Of a stretch of DNA of 64,000 bases, positions 1-8,784 are shown in pieces. Position numbers and translations under genes: made by a program. The notes beneath the pieces were generated by a model, which was not told the DNA's origin, did not search any database, and worked only from the letters and a program-made list of their open reading frames with translations. The stretch lies in NCBI GenBank assembly GCA_049322795.1, contig JBMOQH010000024.1, forward strand, positions 157,846-221,845. The letters run 5' to 3'. Numbering within the stretch: position 1 is the stretch's first letter; every line of letters begins with the position of its first letter. Source of the stretch: Pseudomonadota bacterium (GTDB lineage: Bacteria; Pseudomonadota; Gammaproteobacteria; Immundisolibacterales; Immundisolibacteraceae).

Positions 1-1706
1 GCGTGCTCGATGCGTGCAGCGGCGCCATGGGCAGCCGCCAGCTGCGCCGCTGGCTGCTCGGGCCGATCCGCGACCGCGCCGAGCTGCGCCGCCGGCATGG
101 GGCGATCGCGGTGCTGCTCGGGGAGCGCGGCTACGCCCCGCTGCAAGACGCGCTGGGCGGTATCGCCGACATCGAACGCATCTTGGGGCGCGTCGCGCTG
201 CGCTCGGCGCGGCCGCGGGATCTGGCGGCGCTGCGCGAGGGTCTCGCGCGCCTGCCGGCGCTGGCGACGCTGCTGTCCAGCCTCGACGCCCCGCTGCTGC
301 AGGACCTGCGCGCCGCGCTGCCGCTGTTCACGCCGCTGCACGAGCTGCTCACGCGCGCGCTGGCGGAGAGTCCGCCGGCGCTGCTGCGCGAGGGCGGCGT
401 GATCGGCCCGGGCTTCGACGCCGACCTCGACGAGCTTCGCACCATTGGCGAGGACGCCGGCAGTTATTTGCTGGATCTCGAACGGCGCGAGCGCGAGCGC
501 ACCGGCATCGCCACGCTCAAGGTGGCCTACAACCGCGTGCATGGCTACTACATCGAGATCGGCCGCGCCCAGACCGGCGCGCTGCCGGCCGACTACACGC
601 GCCGACAGACGCTAAAGAACGCCGAGCGGTATCTGACGCCGGAGCTGAAGGCCTTCGAGGACAAGGCGCTCGGCGCCCGCGAGCGCGCGCTGGCCCGCGA
701 GCGGGAGTTGTTCGAGCAGCTCCTGGACGCCATCACCGCGGAGCTCGCGCCGCTGCAGACGGCGGCCGGTGCCATCGCGCAGCTCGACGCGCTGGCGTGT
801 CTCGCCGAGCGGGCCGAGCGCTTCGGCTACGTCGAGCCGCAGCTCGACGATGCGCCCGGCATCGACATCGACGGCGGCCGCCACCCGGTGGTCGAGCAGC
901 TGGTCGACGGCCAGTTCGTGGACAACGACCTCAAGCTCGACGAGCACCGCCGCATCCTGCTGGTCACCGGCCCCAACATGGGCGGCAAGTCCACCTACAT
1001 GCGCCAGGTGGCGCTGATCGTGCTGCTGGCGCACGCCGGCAGTTACGTGCCGGCAAAAAGCGCGCGCATCGGGCCGGTGGACCGCATCTTCACGCGCATC
1101 GGCGCGGCGGACGACGTGGCCGGCGGGCGCTCCACCTTCATGGTGGAGATGACCGAGACGGCCAACATCCTGCACAACGCCACCGACCGCAGCCTGGTGC
1201 TGCTGGACGAGGTCGGGCGCGGCACCAGCACCTACGACGGCCTGGCGCTGGCCTGGGCGTGCCTGACGCATCTGGCGCAGCGGGTGCGGGCGTTCACGCT
1301 GTTCGCGACGCATTACTTCGAGCTGACCGCACTGGCGCAGGAGCTCGACGGCGTCGACAACGTGCACCTCGACGCCGCCGAGCACGCCGGCGGCATCGTG
1401 TTCCTGCATCGCGTGCAGCCGGGGCCGGCCAGCCGCAGCTACGGCCTGCAGGTGGCGGCGCTGGCCGGCGTGCCGGCGGCGGTGCTCAAGCTGGCCGGCG
1501 AGCGCCTGGCGGTGTTCGGCGAGATGCCGGCGGCAGCGGCGCCGGCCGCGCCGCCTCAGAGGCAACTCGGCCTGTTCGAGCCGCAGCCCGGGCAGGCGCT
1601 GCTGGATCGCCTGGCGCAGATCGACCCCGATGAGCTTGCCCCGCGCGCGGCGCTCGACCTGCTTTACGAGCTGCGCGCGCTGGCGGCGGGCAAGGGCAGC
1701 GGTTGA
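1..1706 (+). CDS. mutS: DNA mismatch repair protein MutS (5'-truncated by window edge)
   Basis: Walker [54 protein letters not shown]. Confidence 0.98.
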   Translation, partial: VLDACSGAMGSRQLRRWLLGPIRDRAELRRRHGAIAVLLGERGYAPLQDALGGIADIERILGRVALRSARPRDLAALREGLARLPALATLLSSLDAPLLQDLRAALPLFTPLHELLTRALAESPPALLREGGVIGPGFDADLDELRTIGEDAGSYLLDLERRERERTGIATLKVAYNRVHGYYIEIGRAQTGALPADYTRRQTLKNAERYLTPELKAFEDKALGARERALARERELFEQLLDAITAELAPLQTAAGAIAQLDALACLAERAERFGYVEPQLDDAPGIDIDGGRHPVVEQLVDGQFVDNDLKLDEHRRILLVTGPNMGGKSTYMRQVALIVLLAHAGSYVPAKSARIGPVDRIFTRIGAADDVAGGRSTFMVEMTETANILHNATDRSLVLLDEVGRGTSTYDGLALAWACLTHLAQRVRAFTLFATHYFELTALAQELDGVDNVHLDAAEHAGGIVFLHRVQPGPASRSYGLQVAALAGVPAAVLKLAGERLAVFGEMPAAAAPAAPPQRQLGLFEPQPGQALLDRLAQIDPDELAPRAALDLLYELRALAAGKGSG

Positions 1707-1719
1707 GGCGGGCCGATCG

Positions 1720-1918
1720 TTCGCGGCGAGGGCGCCGCTCCCACAGTGCCTTTCCATGGTTTGTGGGAGGCCCGCCCCCGCGCCGAATGGTTTGTGTGCA
1801 AGGGTTCGCGGCGGGGGCGCCGCTCCCACAGTGGCTTTCTGTGGTTTGTGGGAGGCCCGCCCCGGGCCGAATGGTTTGTGCGGGAAGATTCGCGGCGAGG
1901 GCGCCGCTCCCACAGTGG
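1720..1918. repeat. Tandem ~85-bp REP/BIME-like repeat, about 2.4 copies
   Basis: TTCGCGGCG(A/G)GGGCGCCGCTCCCACA starts at 1720, 1805 and 1889, alternating with the inverted partner TGTGGGAGGCCCGCCCC..GCCGAA. Confidence 0.9.
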
Positions 1919-1957
1919 TCCGGCGGGCCAGAGTCCAGCCGCGCTTCGCCCGCTCGC

Positions 1958-1963
1958 TATAAT
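1958..1963 (+). promoter_or_regulatory. Possible sigma70 -10 element for fdxA
   Basis: Perfect TATAAT in GC-rich context about 30 nt before the ATG; no recognisable -35. Confidence 0.35.
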
Positions 1964-1993
1964 TCGGCGCTTTTTTCGCCCCGGAGAACGGCC

Positions 1994-2317
1994 ATGGCCT
2001 TCGTCGTCACCGAAGCCTGCATCAAGTGCAAGTACACCGACTGCGTGGAAGTGTGTCCGGTGGACTGCTTCCGCGAAGGGCCGAACATGCTGGTGATCGA
2101 CCCCGACGAGTGCATCGACTGCACGCTGTGCGTGGCCGAGTGTCCGGTCGAGGCCATCGTCGACGAGGAGGAAATCCCCGCCGGCCAGCAGGAGTTCATC
2201 GAGCTGAACGCCCGCCTGTCGCAGCAGTGGCCGCCGATCACCCAGCGCCGGGACGCGCCCGAAGGCGCCGACCAGTGGGCCGGCGTGCCGGACAAGCGCA
2301 AGCTGCTGGAAGAGTAG
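1994..2317 (+). CDS. fdxA: 7Fe ferredoxin ([3Fe-4S][4Fe-4S], Azotobacter FdI type)
   Basis: [26 protein letters not shown]...[12 protein letters not shown]; GGAGA RBS; follows mutS. Confidence 0.93.
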   Translation: MAFVVTEACIKCKYTDCVEVCPVDCFREGPNMLVIDPDECIDCTLCVAECPVEAIVDEEEIPAGQQEFIELNARLSQQWPPITQRRDAPEGADQWAGVPDKRKLLEE

Positions 2318-2320
2318 GGC

Positions 2321-3250
2321 GTGCGTATCGCGATTGCCGGTGCCGGTGGCATCGGCTGCCTGGTCGGGGCGCGCCTGGCCTCGGCAGGGCAGGCCGAGGT
2401 GGTGCTGCTGGCACGCGGCGAGCATGCCGCGCGCCTGGCACGGGATGGTCTCACGCTCGATTTCAACGGCGAGGTCGAGACGCACCGCCTGCCGGTCATC
2501 GACACCGCCGACGAGGCGGCGCTCGGCCAGCTGGCGGACTGCGACTGGCTGCTGTTCGCCTGCAAGAGCCAGCACACGCGGCGTCTGGCCGAACATCTGA
2601 AGCCCCACGTCGGTGCGCAGTGCCGGCTGTGGTCACTGCAGAACGGCGTCGACAACGAGCCGATGCTGGCCGAGATCTTCGGCCGGCCGGTGCTGGGCGG
2701 CCTCATGCGCAAGTTCTTCGCCCACATCACGACGCCCGGCGAAGTGGAAGTCCGCGGCACGCTCGAGGCGGTGCTGGGCGACTACCCGACCGGCTGCGGC
2801 GCCGATGCCAACGACATGATCGAGCGCCTGCGCACGGCCGGCGTGACGGTGTTCGCGAGCGAAGACATCCGCCGCGAGCTGTGGCGCAAGCTGATCCTGA
2901 ACAACGGCTGCAACCCGCTGGCGGCGGTGACCTTTCTCGACACCCAGCACATGGCGAATGACCCCGATCTGGCCTGGGTGATGCGAAACCTGATGCGCGA
3001 GGCCGGCGCCGCGGCGGCCGCCGACGAAGTGGAATTCAGCCCGCACGAGCTCGAAGCCGTGTTCCAGTGGATCAAGGGCATCACGCCGATCAAGCCGTCC
3101 ATGCAGGCCGACGCCGAGCGCGGCAAACCCCTGGAGCTCGACGGCATCACCGGCGCCGTGCTGCGCCGGGCGGCGCTGCTCGGCATCGAGGTGCCGGTCA
3201 CCGCCACCCTGCACCACGTGCTGCTCGGCAAGTACGGCAGCAGCGACTGA
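2321..3250 (+). CDS. panE: 2-dehydropantoate 2-reductase (ketopantoate reductase family)
   Basis: GAGGIG Rossmann motif, SLQNGV, LWRKLILN, SMQAD...ELDGITG; physiological role of this paralog unverified. Confidence 0.8.
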   Translation: MRIAIAGAGGIGCLVGARLASAGQAEVVLLARGEHAARLARDGLTLDFNGEVETHRLPVIDTADEAALGQLADCDWLLFACKSQHTRRLAEHLKPHVGAQCRLWSLQNGVDNEPMLAEIFGRPVLGGLMRKFFAHITTPGEVEVRGTLEAVLGDYPTGCGADANDMIERLRTAGVTVFASEDIRRELWRKLILNNGCNPLAAVTFLDTQHMANDPDLAWVMRNLMREAGAAAAADEVEFSPHELEAVFQWIKGITPIKPSMQADAERGKPLELDGITGAVLRRAALLGIEVPVTATLHHVLLGKYGSSD

Positions 3251-3279
3251 TCCGCTGCCCGGCGACGCGATGTCGCGGG

Positions 3280-3336
3280 GCAAGCCATGGATGGCTTACA
3301 CGCAGATCAGGCGCGCCAAGAGCCTGATCTGCGGCG
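3280..3336. repeat. Dispersed palindromic repeat (second family), copy 1
   Basis: GCAAGCCATGGATGGCTT followed by hairpin AGATCAGGC..GCCTGATCT; related inverted copy at 34151-34209. Confidence 0.7.
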
Positions 3337-3366
3337 CCCGACGCGGGCATGTACCGCGGCGGACGA

Positions 3367-3398
3367 ACTGAAAAATTCCATGGACGGAATTTTTCAGT
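3367..3398. terminator. AT-rich hairpin, probable bidirectional terminator between convergent panE and oxygenase beta gene
   Basis: ACTGAAAAATTCC-ATGGAC-GGAATTTTTCAGT, 13-bp perfect stem. Confidence 0.65.
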
Positions 3399-3404
3399 CT
3401 TCGA

Positions 3405-3938
3405 TCAGATCAGGAAGCTCAGGTTCGGCGCCTGAATGATGGCCTGGTCGATGCTGGCTTCCCGTCGGGCGATGCGAAAACCGCCGTCGACCAGGCGCAG
3501 CCGGTCCTTGCGGCGAGCTCCCAGGATATAGGGCACGGGCTCGCTGGCACGCACGCGATAAATCAGCAGCCGCGTGTCGACATCGAGTTCACCGGGCTGG
3601 TCGACAGCGCTTCGCGCGCGGATGTTGGTGACGAAGTAGTTGTAGACGCTCGGTGGCTGCTCGGCGGTGGTCGTGGTCGGGTTGCCGAGCAACTGCACGC
3701 GCACTTTCAGGCTCCGATAGTCATCGTCGAAATATGGATTGCCCATGCCGACCTGGCGGCGGGCGCCGTGCTCGTAGAACTCCGGAAAGCCGACGCGGTA
3801 GTGGATGTCTTCGGCCAGCAGCGCGAACCACTGGGCAAGCTGGCGCTGGGCCAGCAGGTCGGCTTCGTCGTAGTAGAACTCGCACACGCGGCGGTAGAGC
3901 GCGTCGTCAACGACGCGCGCAGCGGTTTCGGTGGTCAC
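3405..3938 (-). CDS. Aromatic ring-hydroxylating dioxygenase beta subunit
   Basis: FYYDEADLL..W..LLAEDIHY, YFDDDYRSLKVRV, YFVTNIRA, RKDRLR..IARRE; GTG start at 3938 with GGAGA RBS (ORF track extends to 3998). Confidence 0.9.
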   Translation of the reverse strand: MTTETAARVVDDALYRRVCEFYYDEADLLAQRQLAQWFALLAEDIHYRVGFPEFYEHGARRQVGMGNPYFDDDYRSLKVRVQLLGNPTTTTAEQPPSVYNYFVTNIRARSAVDQPGELDVDTRLLIYRVRASEPVPYILGARRKDRLRLVDGGFRIARREASIDQAIIQAPNLSFLI

Positions 3939-4001
3939 GGGCAGTCTCCGGAAAACGGGGTGCCGGCCACCCGCGTAAGGTGGCCAATGGCGATGCAAGG
4001 C

Positions 4002-5333
4002 TCAGCGGGCGCCGGTCATGTAGGCGCGCCACTGCACCAGATTGTTGAACTCCGTCACTTCGCAGTAATTGGACGGGTAGGCCACGCCGGGCCCGACCCA
4101 GTCGGCAATCGGCCGGTCCCGGTAGTTCAGGGCGACCTGGAAGTTGACGTCCTGGGTGCTGGAAATCTCGCCCTCGCAGCCGCGCTGGATGCCGTGCCAG
4201 GCCTCGGCGTCGTCCTGGTCGAAGGTGCCGCCGGCGGTGAAGGTGCGCACGCCGGCGAGCATGGCGCGCCGTTTGAATTCCTCACTGGCTTCCTCTTCCA
4301 CCAGGAACCAGTTCCAGATTTCAGTGCGGCCCACGGCCACCGGCTGCCAGACGCGGATGGCGAAGAAGTTGGTGATGGGATCGGCCTGCATGTCGAAGCT
4401 GATCGGCCCGAACACCCAGGAGAAGTTGGGGAACACCGTGCCGACCGAGGCGATGCAGCGCTGGAACAAGGCCAGTTGATCGGGTTTCAGGGCGCGCTCG
4501 TACAAGGCCACCATGTCGGGGTCATGCCCCATCCAGGCCGGCATTTCAGCCGGGCCCTGGGTCCAGATGCCGTTGTACGGACCGGCGGTAACCGACGGAC
4601 TGTCGAGCAAGGCCGAGTGGATCATGGCGCGTGAGCCCGGCAAGCCGCCGGCGAGTGCCGCATCCACGATCGGGCCGTGCACCTTGACTGCGTGCGGGCC
4701 GTCGGCGCCGAAGTTCAGCGGGCCGAGCTTCCAGTTGTTGGTCGGCGACCAGCGGTGCGGCAGACCGAGCACGGTCATGCCCTTGGGCGTGTGGCCGAAC
4801 ATGATGTCGAGGTACCAGCGCGCGTCCCCAAGGTGCTCGTCAAGCGATGGCGCGTCGTGGTTCCAGGTGGCGAACACCATGCCGGCATAGGTGCCGACGC
4901 GCGCCTGGGGCAGGTCGAGGTTTCGGAAGTTGACCTTGCCGCCGTAGGTCTGGTCCTCGGCGGTGGCCACCAGCGCGCCGTCGCTGCCGAATACCCAGCC
5001 GTGATAGGCACAGGTGAAGCCGCGCGAGTTGCCGGCGTCGCCGCGGCACACCGTCGTGCCTCGGTGGGAGCAGCTGTTCAGCAGCACGCGCACGCGGCCG
5101 GCCTGGTCGCGCACCAGGATGACCGGGTCGTTGCCCATCTTGCGGGTGACGTAGTCGCCCTTGTTCCGGATTTCCGACTCGTGGCCGATGTAGAGCCACG
5201 TGCGCGTGAAGATGCGCTGCAGTTCCAGGCGGAACAGTGTCTCGTCGGTGAAGATCAGGCGGCTGGCGGTGGCGTTTTCGATGTCCACCAGGCGCTCGAT
5301 CTCGGACGGTTGCCATCCTTGTTCAATGCGCAT
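4002..5333 (-). CDS. Rieske ring-hydroxylating oxygenase alpha subunit
   Basis: Rieske motifs CSHRG and CAYHGW; mononuclear Fe motif DGPHAVKVH; FDQDDAEAW. Confidence 0.95.
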   Translation of the reverse strand: MRIEQGWQPSEIERLVDIENATASRLIFTDETLFRLELQRIFTRTWLYIGHESEIRNKGDYVTRKMGNDPVILVRDQAGRVRVLLNSCSHRGTTVCRGDAGNSRGFTCAYHGWVFGSDGALVATAEDQTYGGKVNFRNLDLPQARVGTYAGMVFATWNHDAPSLDEHLGDARWYLDIMFGHTPKGMTVLGLPHRWSPTNNWKLGPLNFGADGPHAVKVHGPIVDAALAGGLPGSRAMIHSALLDSPSVTAGPYNGIWTQGPAEMPAWMGHDPDMVALYERALKPDQLALFQRCIASVGTVFPNFSWVFGPISFDMQADPITNFFAIRVWQPVAVGRTEIWNWFLVEEEASEEFKRRAMLAGVRTFTAGGTFDQDDAEAWHGIQRGCEGEISSTQDVNFQVALNYRDRPIADWVGPGVAYPSNYCEVTEFNNLVQWRAYMTGAR

Positions 5334-5413
5334 CTGCGTCTCCTCCTAAAGTCCGTTTCGGGGGGAATTTTGTTGGCCGGCCTGGGGGCGCCAGATCGAC
5401 CCACGATGTGGGT

Positions 5414-5431
5414 TCAGAACGACCGTTCAGA
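5414..5431. promoter_or_regulatory. Palindromic candidate operator upstream of the oxygenase alpha gene
   Basis: TCAGAACGACCGTTCAGA in a 173-bp intra-operon gap. Confidence 0.35.
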
Positions 5432-5506
5432 TGACGGCATCTTCGCCAAAGCGGGCGCCGCGCGCAAGCGACCGCCCGGTACCGGCGTCCCATCCGGGCC
5501 GGCGGC

Positions 5507-6448
5507 TCAGGCCGGCTGCGCCGTCACCACGCCGAAGCCGGCGATCCACGGGTCGATCGGCCGGTAGTAGAGACGCCGCGCACGGTACGGCCCGGCGGCG
5601 GCGGAGAGCGCCGCGGCGGCGGCGAGCCAGGTGCGCACCTCGTGCCCGCCGGCGCCGGCGGCACGGGTGATGTCCGCGTCGCGGAGTTGGCTCAACGCAT
5701 CGAGCTGCCTGGTCTCGAGAGCGTCAAGGAAGGCCAGGTCCCATTCGGGGTTGAGCGGCGTGCGCTCGCTGCTGGCGTCGGCGAAGCGCCGGCCCTCGCG
5801 CAGCACGTTGTCCTCGCGCGCGGCGCGCGCCTCGGGCGTCAGCGCGCCGCCGGCGATGATCCGCTCGCGCACCGGCGCGGGTGCGCCGTCGAGCAGCGGC
5901 ACCGGCGGGTCGTGCGACAGGCCGCCCGAGGCGAGCAGCAGCACGCGGCGGTCGAGCCCGGCGGCCACGCGCCCGATGCTTTCGCCGAGCGCGTGCACGC
6001 GCGCCATCGGCGGTCGCGGCGGGGCGGCGCAGTTGATGAACACCGGCACCAGCGGCGGCGCGCCGCCGGCGCCGAACAGGATTTCCAGCAACTGCGTGAA
6101 GCCGTGGTCCACCTCCATGCGGTGCGACAGGGCCGCGTCCACGCCGTCCGCGTGCGCGGCCTGCACCAGCTGCTGCGCCAATGCGCCGTCCACCGCCAGC
6201 GGCCCGGGTGCGGTCTTCCAGTCGCCGATGGACTCGGCCGCGGCGCCCACACAAAAGCTCGGCATCAGCCGGTAGAAAAAGCCGTTGAAGTGGTCCGGCG
6301 CGAACTCGATCACCACTTCCGGCGCAAACGCCCGCACGAAGTCCCGCGCCTGCTTAAGCGCCGCGTCCACTTCGGCCGCGATGCCGGGACCCGGGTCGAG
6401 GTAGTCCTTGAGCGGCGTGTGGGAGGCGAACAGCGCGGCGAGCGGCAT
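5507..6448 (-). CDS. mhpB: MhpB-like extradiol ring-cleavage dioxygenase (LigB family)
   Basis: SHTPL..YLDP, FAPDHFNGFFY.LMPSFCVG, VDHGF, SGGLSHDPPVP, GGHEVRTW; true substrate unknown. Confidence 0.8.
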   Translation of the reverse strand: MPLAALFASHTPLKDYLDPGPGIAAEVDAALKQARDFVRAFAPEVVIEFAPDHFNGFFYRLMPSFCVGAAAESIGDWKTAPGPLAVDGALAQQLVQAAHADGVDAALSHRMEVDHGFTQLLEILFGAGGAPPLVPVFINCAAPPRPPMARVHALGESIGRVAAGLDRRVLLLASGGLSHDPPVPLLDGAPAPVRERIIAGGALTPEARAAREDNVLREGRRFADASSERTPLNPEWDLAFLDALETRQLDALSQLRDADITRAAGAGGHEVRTWLAAAAALSAAAGPYRARRLYYRPIDPWIAGFGVVTAQPA

Positions 6449-6454
6449 GGCGCG

Positions 6455-7318
6455 TCAGCCGCCCGTCAGAAAGCCGATGTGCAGGGCGTTGAAGCGCGGC
6501 GCGTCCTCGAACTGCGGCCAGTGGCCGCAACGCTCCATCACGTGCAGCCGGGCGCCGGGAATCAGGCTGGCGATGCGCTCGCCCACGCTCACCGCGCCGG
6601 TCGGGTCCTTGTCGGTCCACAGCACCAGGGTCGGTGCGCGGATGGCCGCCCACTGCGCGTCGGTGAGGTTGTTGCGGCGGCGGATGTCCGGCTCCTGCAG
6701 GCACAGGATGTGCGGCATGGCGGCGCGCATGGCCGGCTGCGCGTAGATGGCCTGGCGGCAGGCGATCAGGTCGTCGGTGACCACGGCGGGATCGGCCATC
6801 AGCCATTCGAGCCGCGCCTTGATGGTGTCCCAGCTCGGGTTCTCGACCGCCGCGGTGCTCAGCGTCTTGATGCGCTCCATGACGGCCGGATCGAGCGTGG
6901 CGCCGCCGGTGGTGTTGAGCACCAGCCGGTCCACGCGCTGCGGGTGCTCCAGCGCAAAGCGCGCCGCCACCCAGCCGCCCAGCGACTCGCCCGACAGGTG
7001 CGCACGCTCGAAACCGAGCGCGTCCAGCACCGCGCGCAGGTGGTTCACGTAGGCGCCGATCTCGTAGGGCGCGAGCGGCTTGTCGCTCCAGCCGTGGCCG
7101 ACCAGATCAATCGCGTAGGTGTCGAAATGCTCGCCGTGGGCGACGAGGTTTCGCGTGTAGGCCTCGGCGTGGCCGCCCGTGCCGTGCAGCAGGATCAGCG
7201 GCGGCTTGCCGCGCGTGCCGGCGTGCAGGAAGCGCGTGCGGATGCCGGCGGCGTCGAGGTAACCCTGGCTGAAGCTGCCGGCGCGCAGGTCGGCCCAGAA
7301 GCTGTGGTGCGTGCTCAC
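6455..7318 (-). CDS. Meta-cleavage product alpha/beta hydrolase (MhpC/HppC-like)
   Basis: LLHGTGGHAEAY, GESLGG nucleophile elbow, CGHWPQFE; GTG start overlaps the upstream stop (GTGA). Only the C-terminal 287 aa of the 923-aa ORF-track entry are real. Confidence 0.9.
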   Translation of the reverse strand: MSTHHSFWADLRAGSFSQGYLDAAGIRTRFLHAGTRGKPPLILLHGTGGHAEAYTRNLVAHGEHFDTYAIDLVGHGWSDKPLAPYEIGAYVNHLRAVLDALGFERAHLSGESLGGWVAARFALEHPQRVDRLVLNTTGGATLDPAVMERIKTLSTAAVENPSWDTIKARLEWLMADPAVVTDDLIACRQAIYAQPAMRAAMPHILCLQEPDIRRRNNLTDAQWAAIRAPTLVLWTDKDPTGAVSVGERIASLIPGARLHVMERCGHWPQFEDAPRFNALHIGFLTGG

Positions 7319-8766
7319 AGGCTCTCCATGAAGCGGTCGAGGTGGTTCAGATAGTAGGACTTGCGCAGGTACTCGCGCTGGATGCCGGCCAGCAGCGCGC
7401 CGTAGTCGCCGGCGTAGTTCATCTCGTACAGCTCGTGACGGGCGCCGAACTCGCTGCCGCAGATGTCCCAGGCCAGACGCAGCAGCTGCGCCTTGTCCCG
7501 GCCGCCGATGCCGGCACCGCGGAGCGCCCCTTCGAGGTCGGCGCCGATCGGCGAGTCGAACTCGTGCATGGAGTTCGGCAACTGCACCAGACCGCCACCG
7601 GCCACGCGGCGGATCATCTGCACCGCCCGCGGGTACACGGTGGGCCCGAGCGCCCGGCCGCATTGCAGCGCCGGCAGGTCCGGGTACAGCACGCCGTTGT
7701 CGGGATCGATGCCGGCCTGCAGCTCGGCCGAGCGGGTGGTGTTGCGGATGGCCTCGAGGTTGGTGATGGCCTCGCCCAGCATCTGCATCACGTCCGCGCG
7801 GGTGTCGATGCCGGCCGCCTGCGCCACGCGCAGCAGCACCGCATAGACGAAGCCGAGCTTGGTCTCCAGGCGCACGTTGGTCTGGTGGGCGGTCAGCTCG
7901 CGCATGCGCGTGTCGCGGTACATGCGGTTCAGCAGGCCGATGTCCTCGTGCAGGAACACCCGCTTCCAGGGCACCAGCACGTGGTCGAACACCACCGTGG
8001 CGTCCATCTCGTCGAAACGCGCCGACAGCGGGTAGTCCCGGCCGCGGCCCGGGTGGGCGAACGACGGCCGGCAGATGGTCTTCAGGCCCGGCGTGTTCAT
8101 GGGCACCGCGAACACGTTGGCGTACGGCTCCTCGCCCGGCTGGAAGGTGGGCGGGAACGGCCACACCAGCAGCTCGTCGGCGTAGGGCGCGGCGGTGGCG
8201 ATGCGCTTGGCGCCGTGCACGATGAGGCCTTCCCGGGTGCGCTCCTTCACATGCAGCGTGATGGTCGGGTCGGCCTGCTGGTGGCGCAGCCTGCCCTTGT
8301 CGAGCTGCGGGTCGAGCAGGGCGTGCGTCAGGAACAGGTCGTTCCGGGCGACGTGGCGGTAGTAAGCGACGATGGCGTCGGCGCGCTCGGCCGAGAACTC
8401 GGCAAAGAAGCTGCGCTTGGCGGCCAGCGACGCCATCATCACGTTCAGGAAATCCGGGCTGCGGCCCATCATGCCGCAGGTGGCCTCGGCCCAAAGGCGA
8501 TAGGCCTCGCGCTTCAGGCGCAGCTGTTCGGGCGTGCGCGGCAGCTCGAACGGCCGGGCGATGCGCTCGCCGAACTCCGGGCAGTCCACGCTCAGGATGT
8601 CGCGGTGCTGCGGGTCGTGCTGCATGTCGTACAGCGTGGCCAGCGAGCGCACCGAGGCAGCGAACGGCTCGAAGCTGGTGACGTCCGCCACGCGCTGCCC
8701 GTCGTACCAGACCTCGCGGTCGTCCTTCAGGCCCGCGATGAATTGCGCGCCGGTTCGAATGCTCAT
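7315..8766 (-). CDS. HpaB-family two-component flavin-dependent aromatic monooxygenase, oxygenase component
   Basis: GLKDDREVWYDG, MMGRSPDFLN, HALLDPQ, GAKRIATAAP, RFDEMDA.VVFD.VLVPW.RVF, ARHELYE. Confidence 0.9.
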   Translation of the reverse strand: MSIRTGAQFIAGLKDDREVWYDGQRVADVTSFEPFAASVRSLATLYDMQHDPQHRDILSVDCPEFGERIARPFELPRTPEQLRLKREAYRLWAEATCGMMGRSPDFLNVMMASLAAKRSFFAEFSAERADAIVAYYRHVARNDLFLTHALLDPQLDKGRLRHQQADPTITLHVKERTREGLIVHGAKRIATAAPYADELLVWPFPPTFQPGEEPYANVFAVPMNTPGLKTICRPSFAHPGRGRDYPLSARFDEMDATVVFDHVLVPWKRVFLHEDIGLLNRMYRDTRMRELTAHQTNVRLETKLGFVYAVLLRVAQAAGIDTRADVMQMLGEAITNLEAIRNTTRSAELQAGIDPDNGVLYPDLPALQCGRALGPTVYPRAVQMIRRVAGGGLVQLPNSMHEFDSPIGADLEGALRGAGIGGRDKAQLLRLAWDICGSEFGARHELYEMNYAGDYGALLAGIQREYLRKSYYLNHLDRFMESL

Positions 8767-8784
8767 CGTGTCGTCCTCGTGCGA

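Noticed and set aside
1720-1918. CRISPR array
   Set aside because: The would-be spacers are near-identical and contain an inverted copy of the motif; no cas genes are present; a solo copy occurs at 43071.
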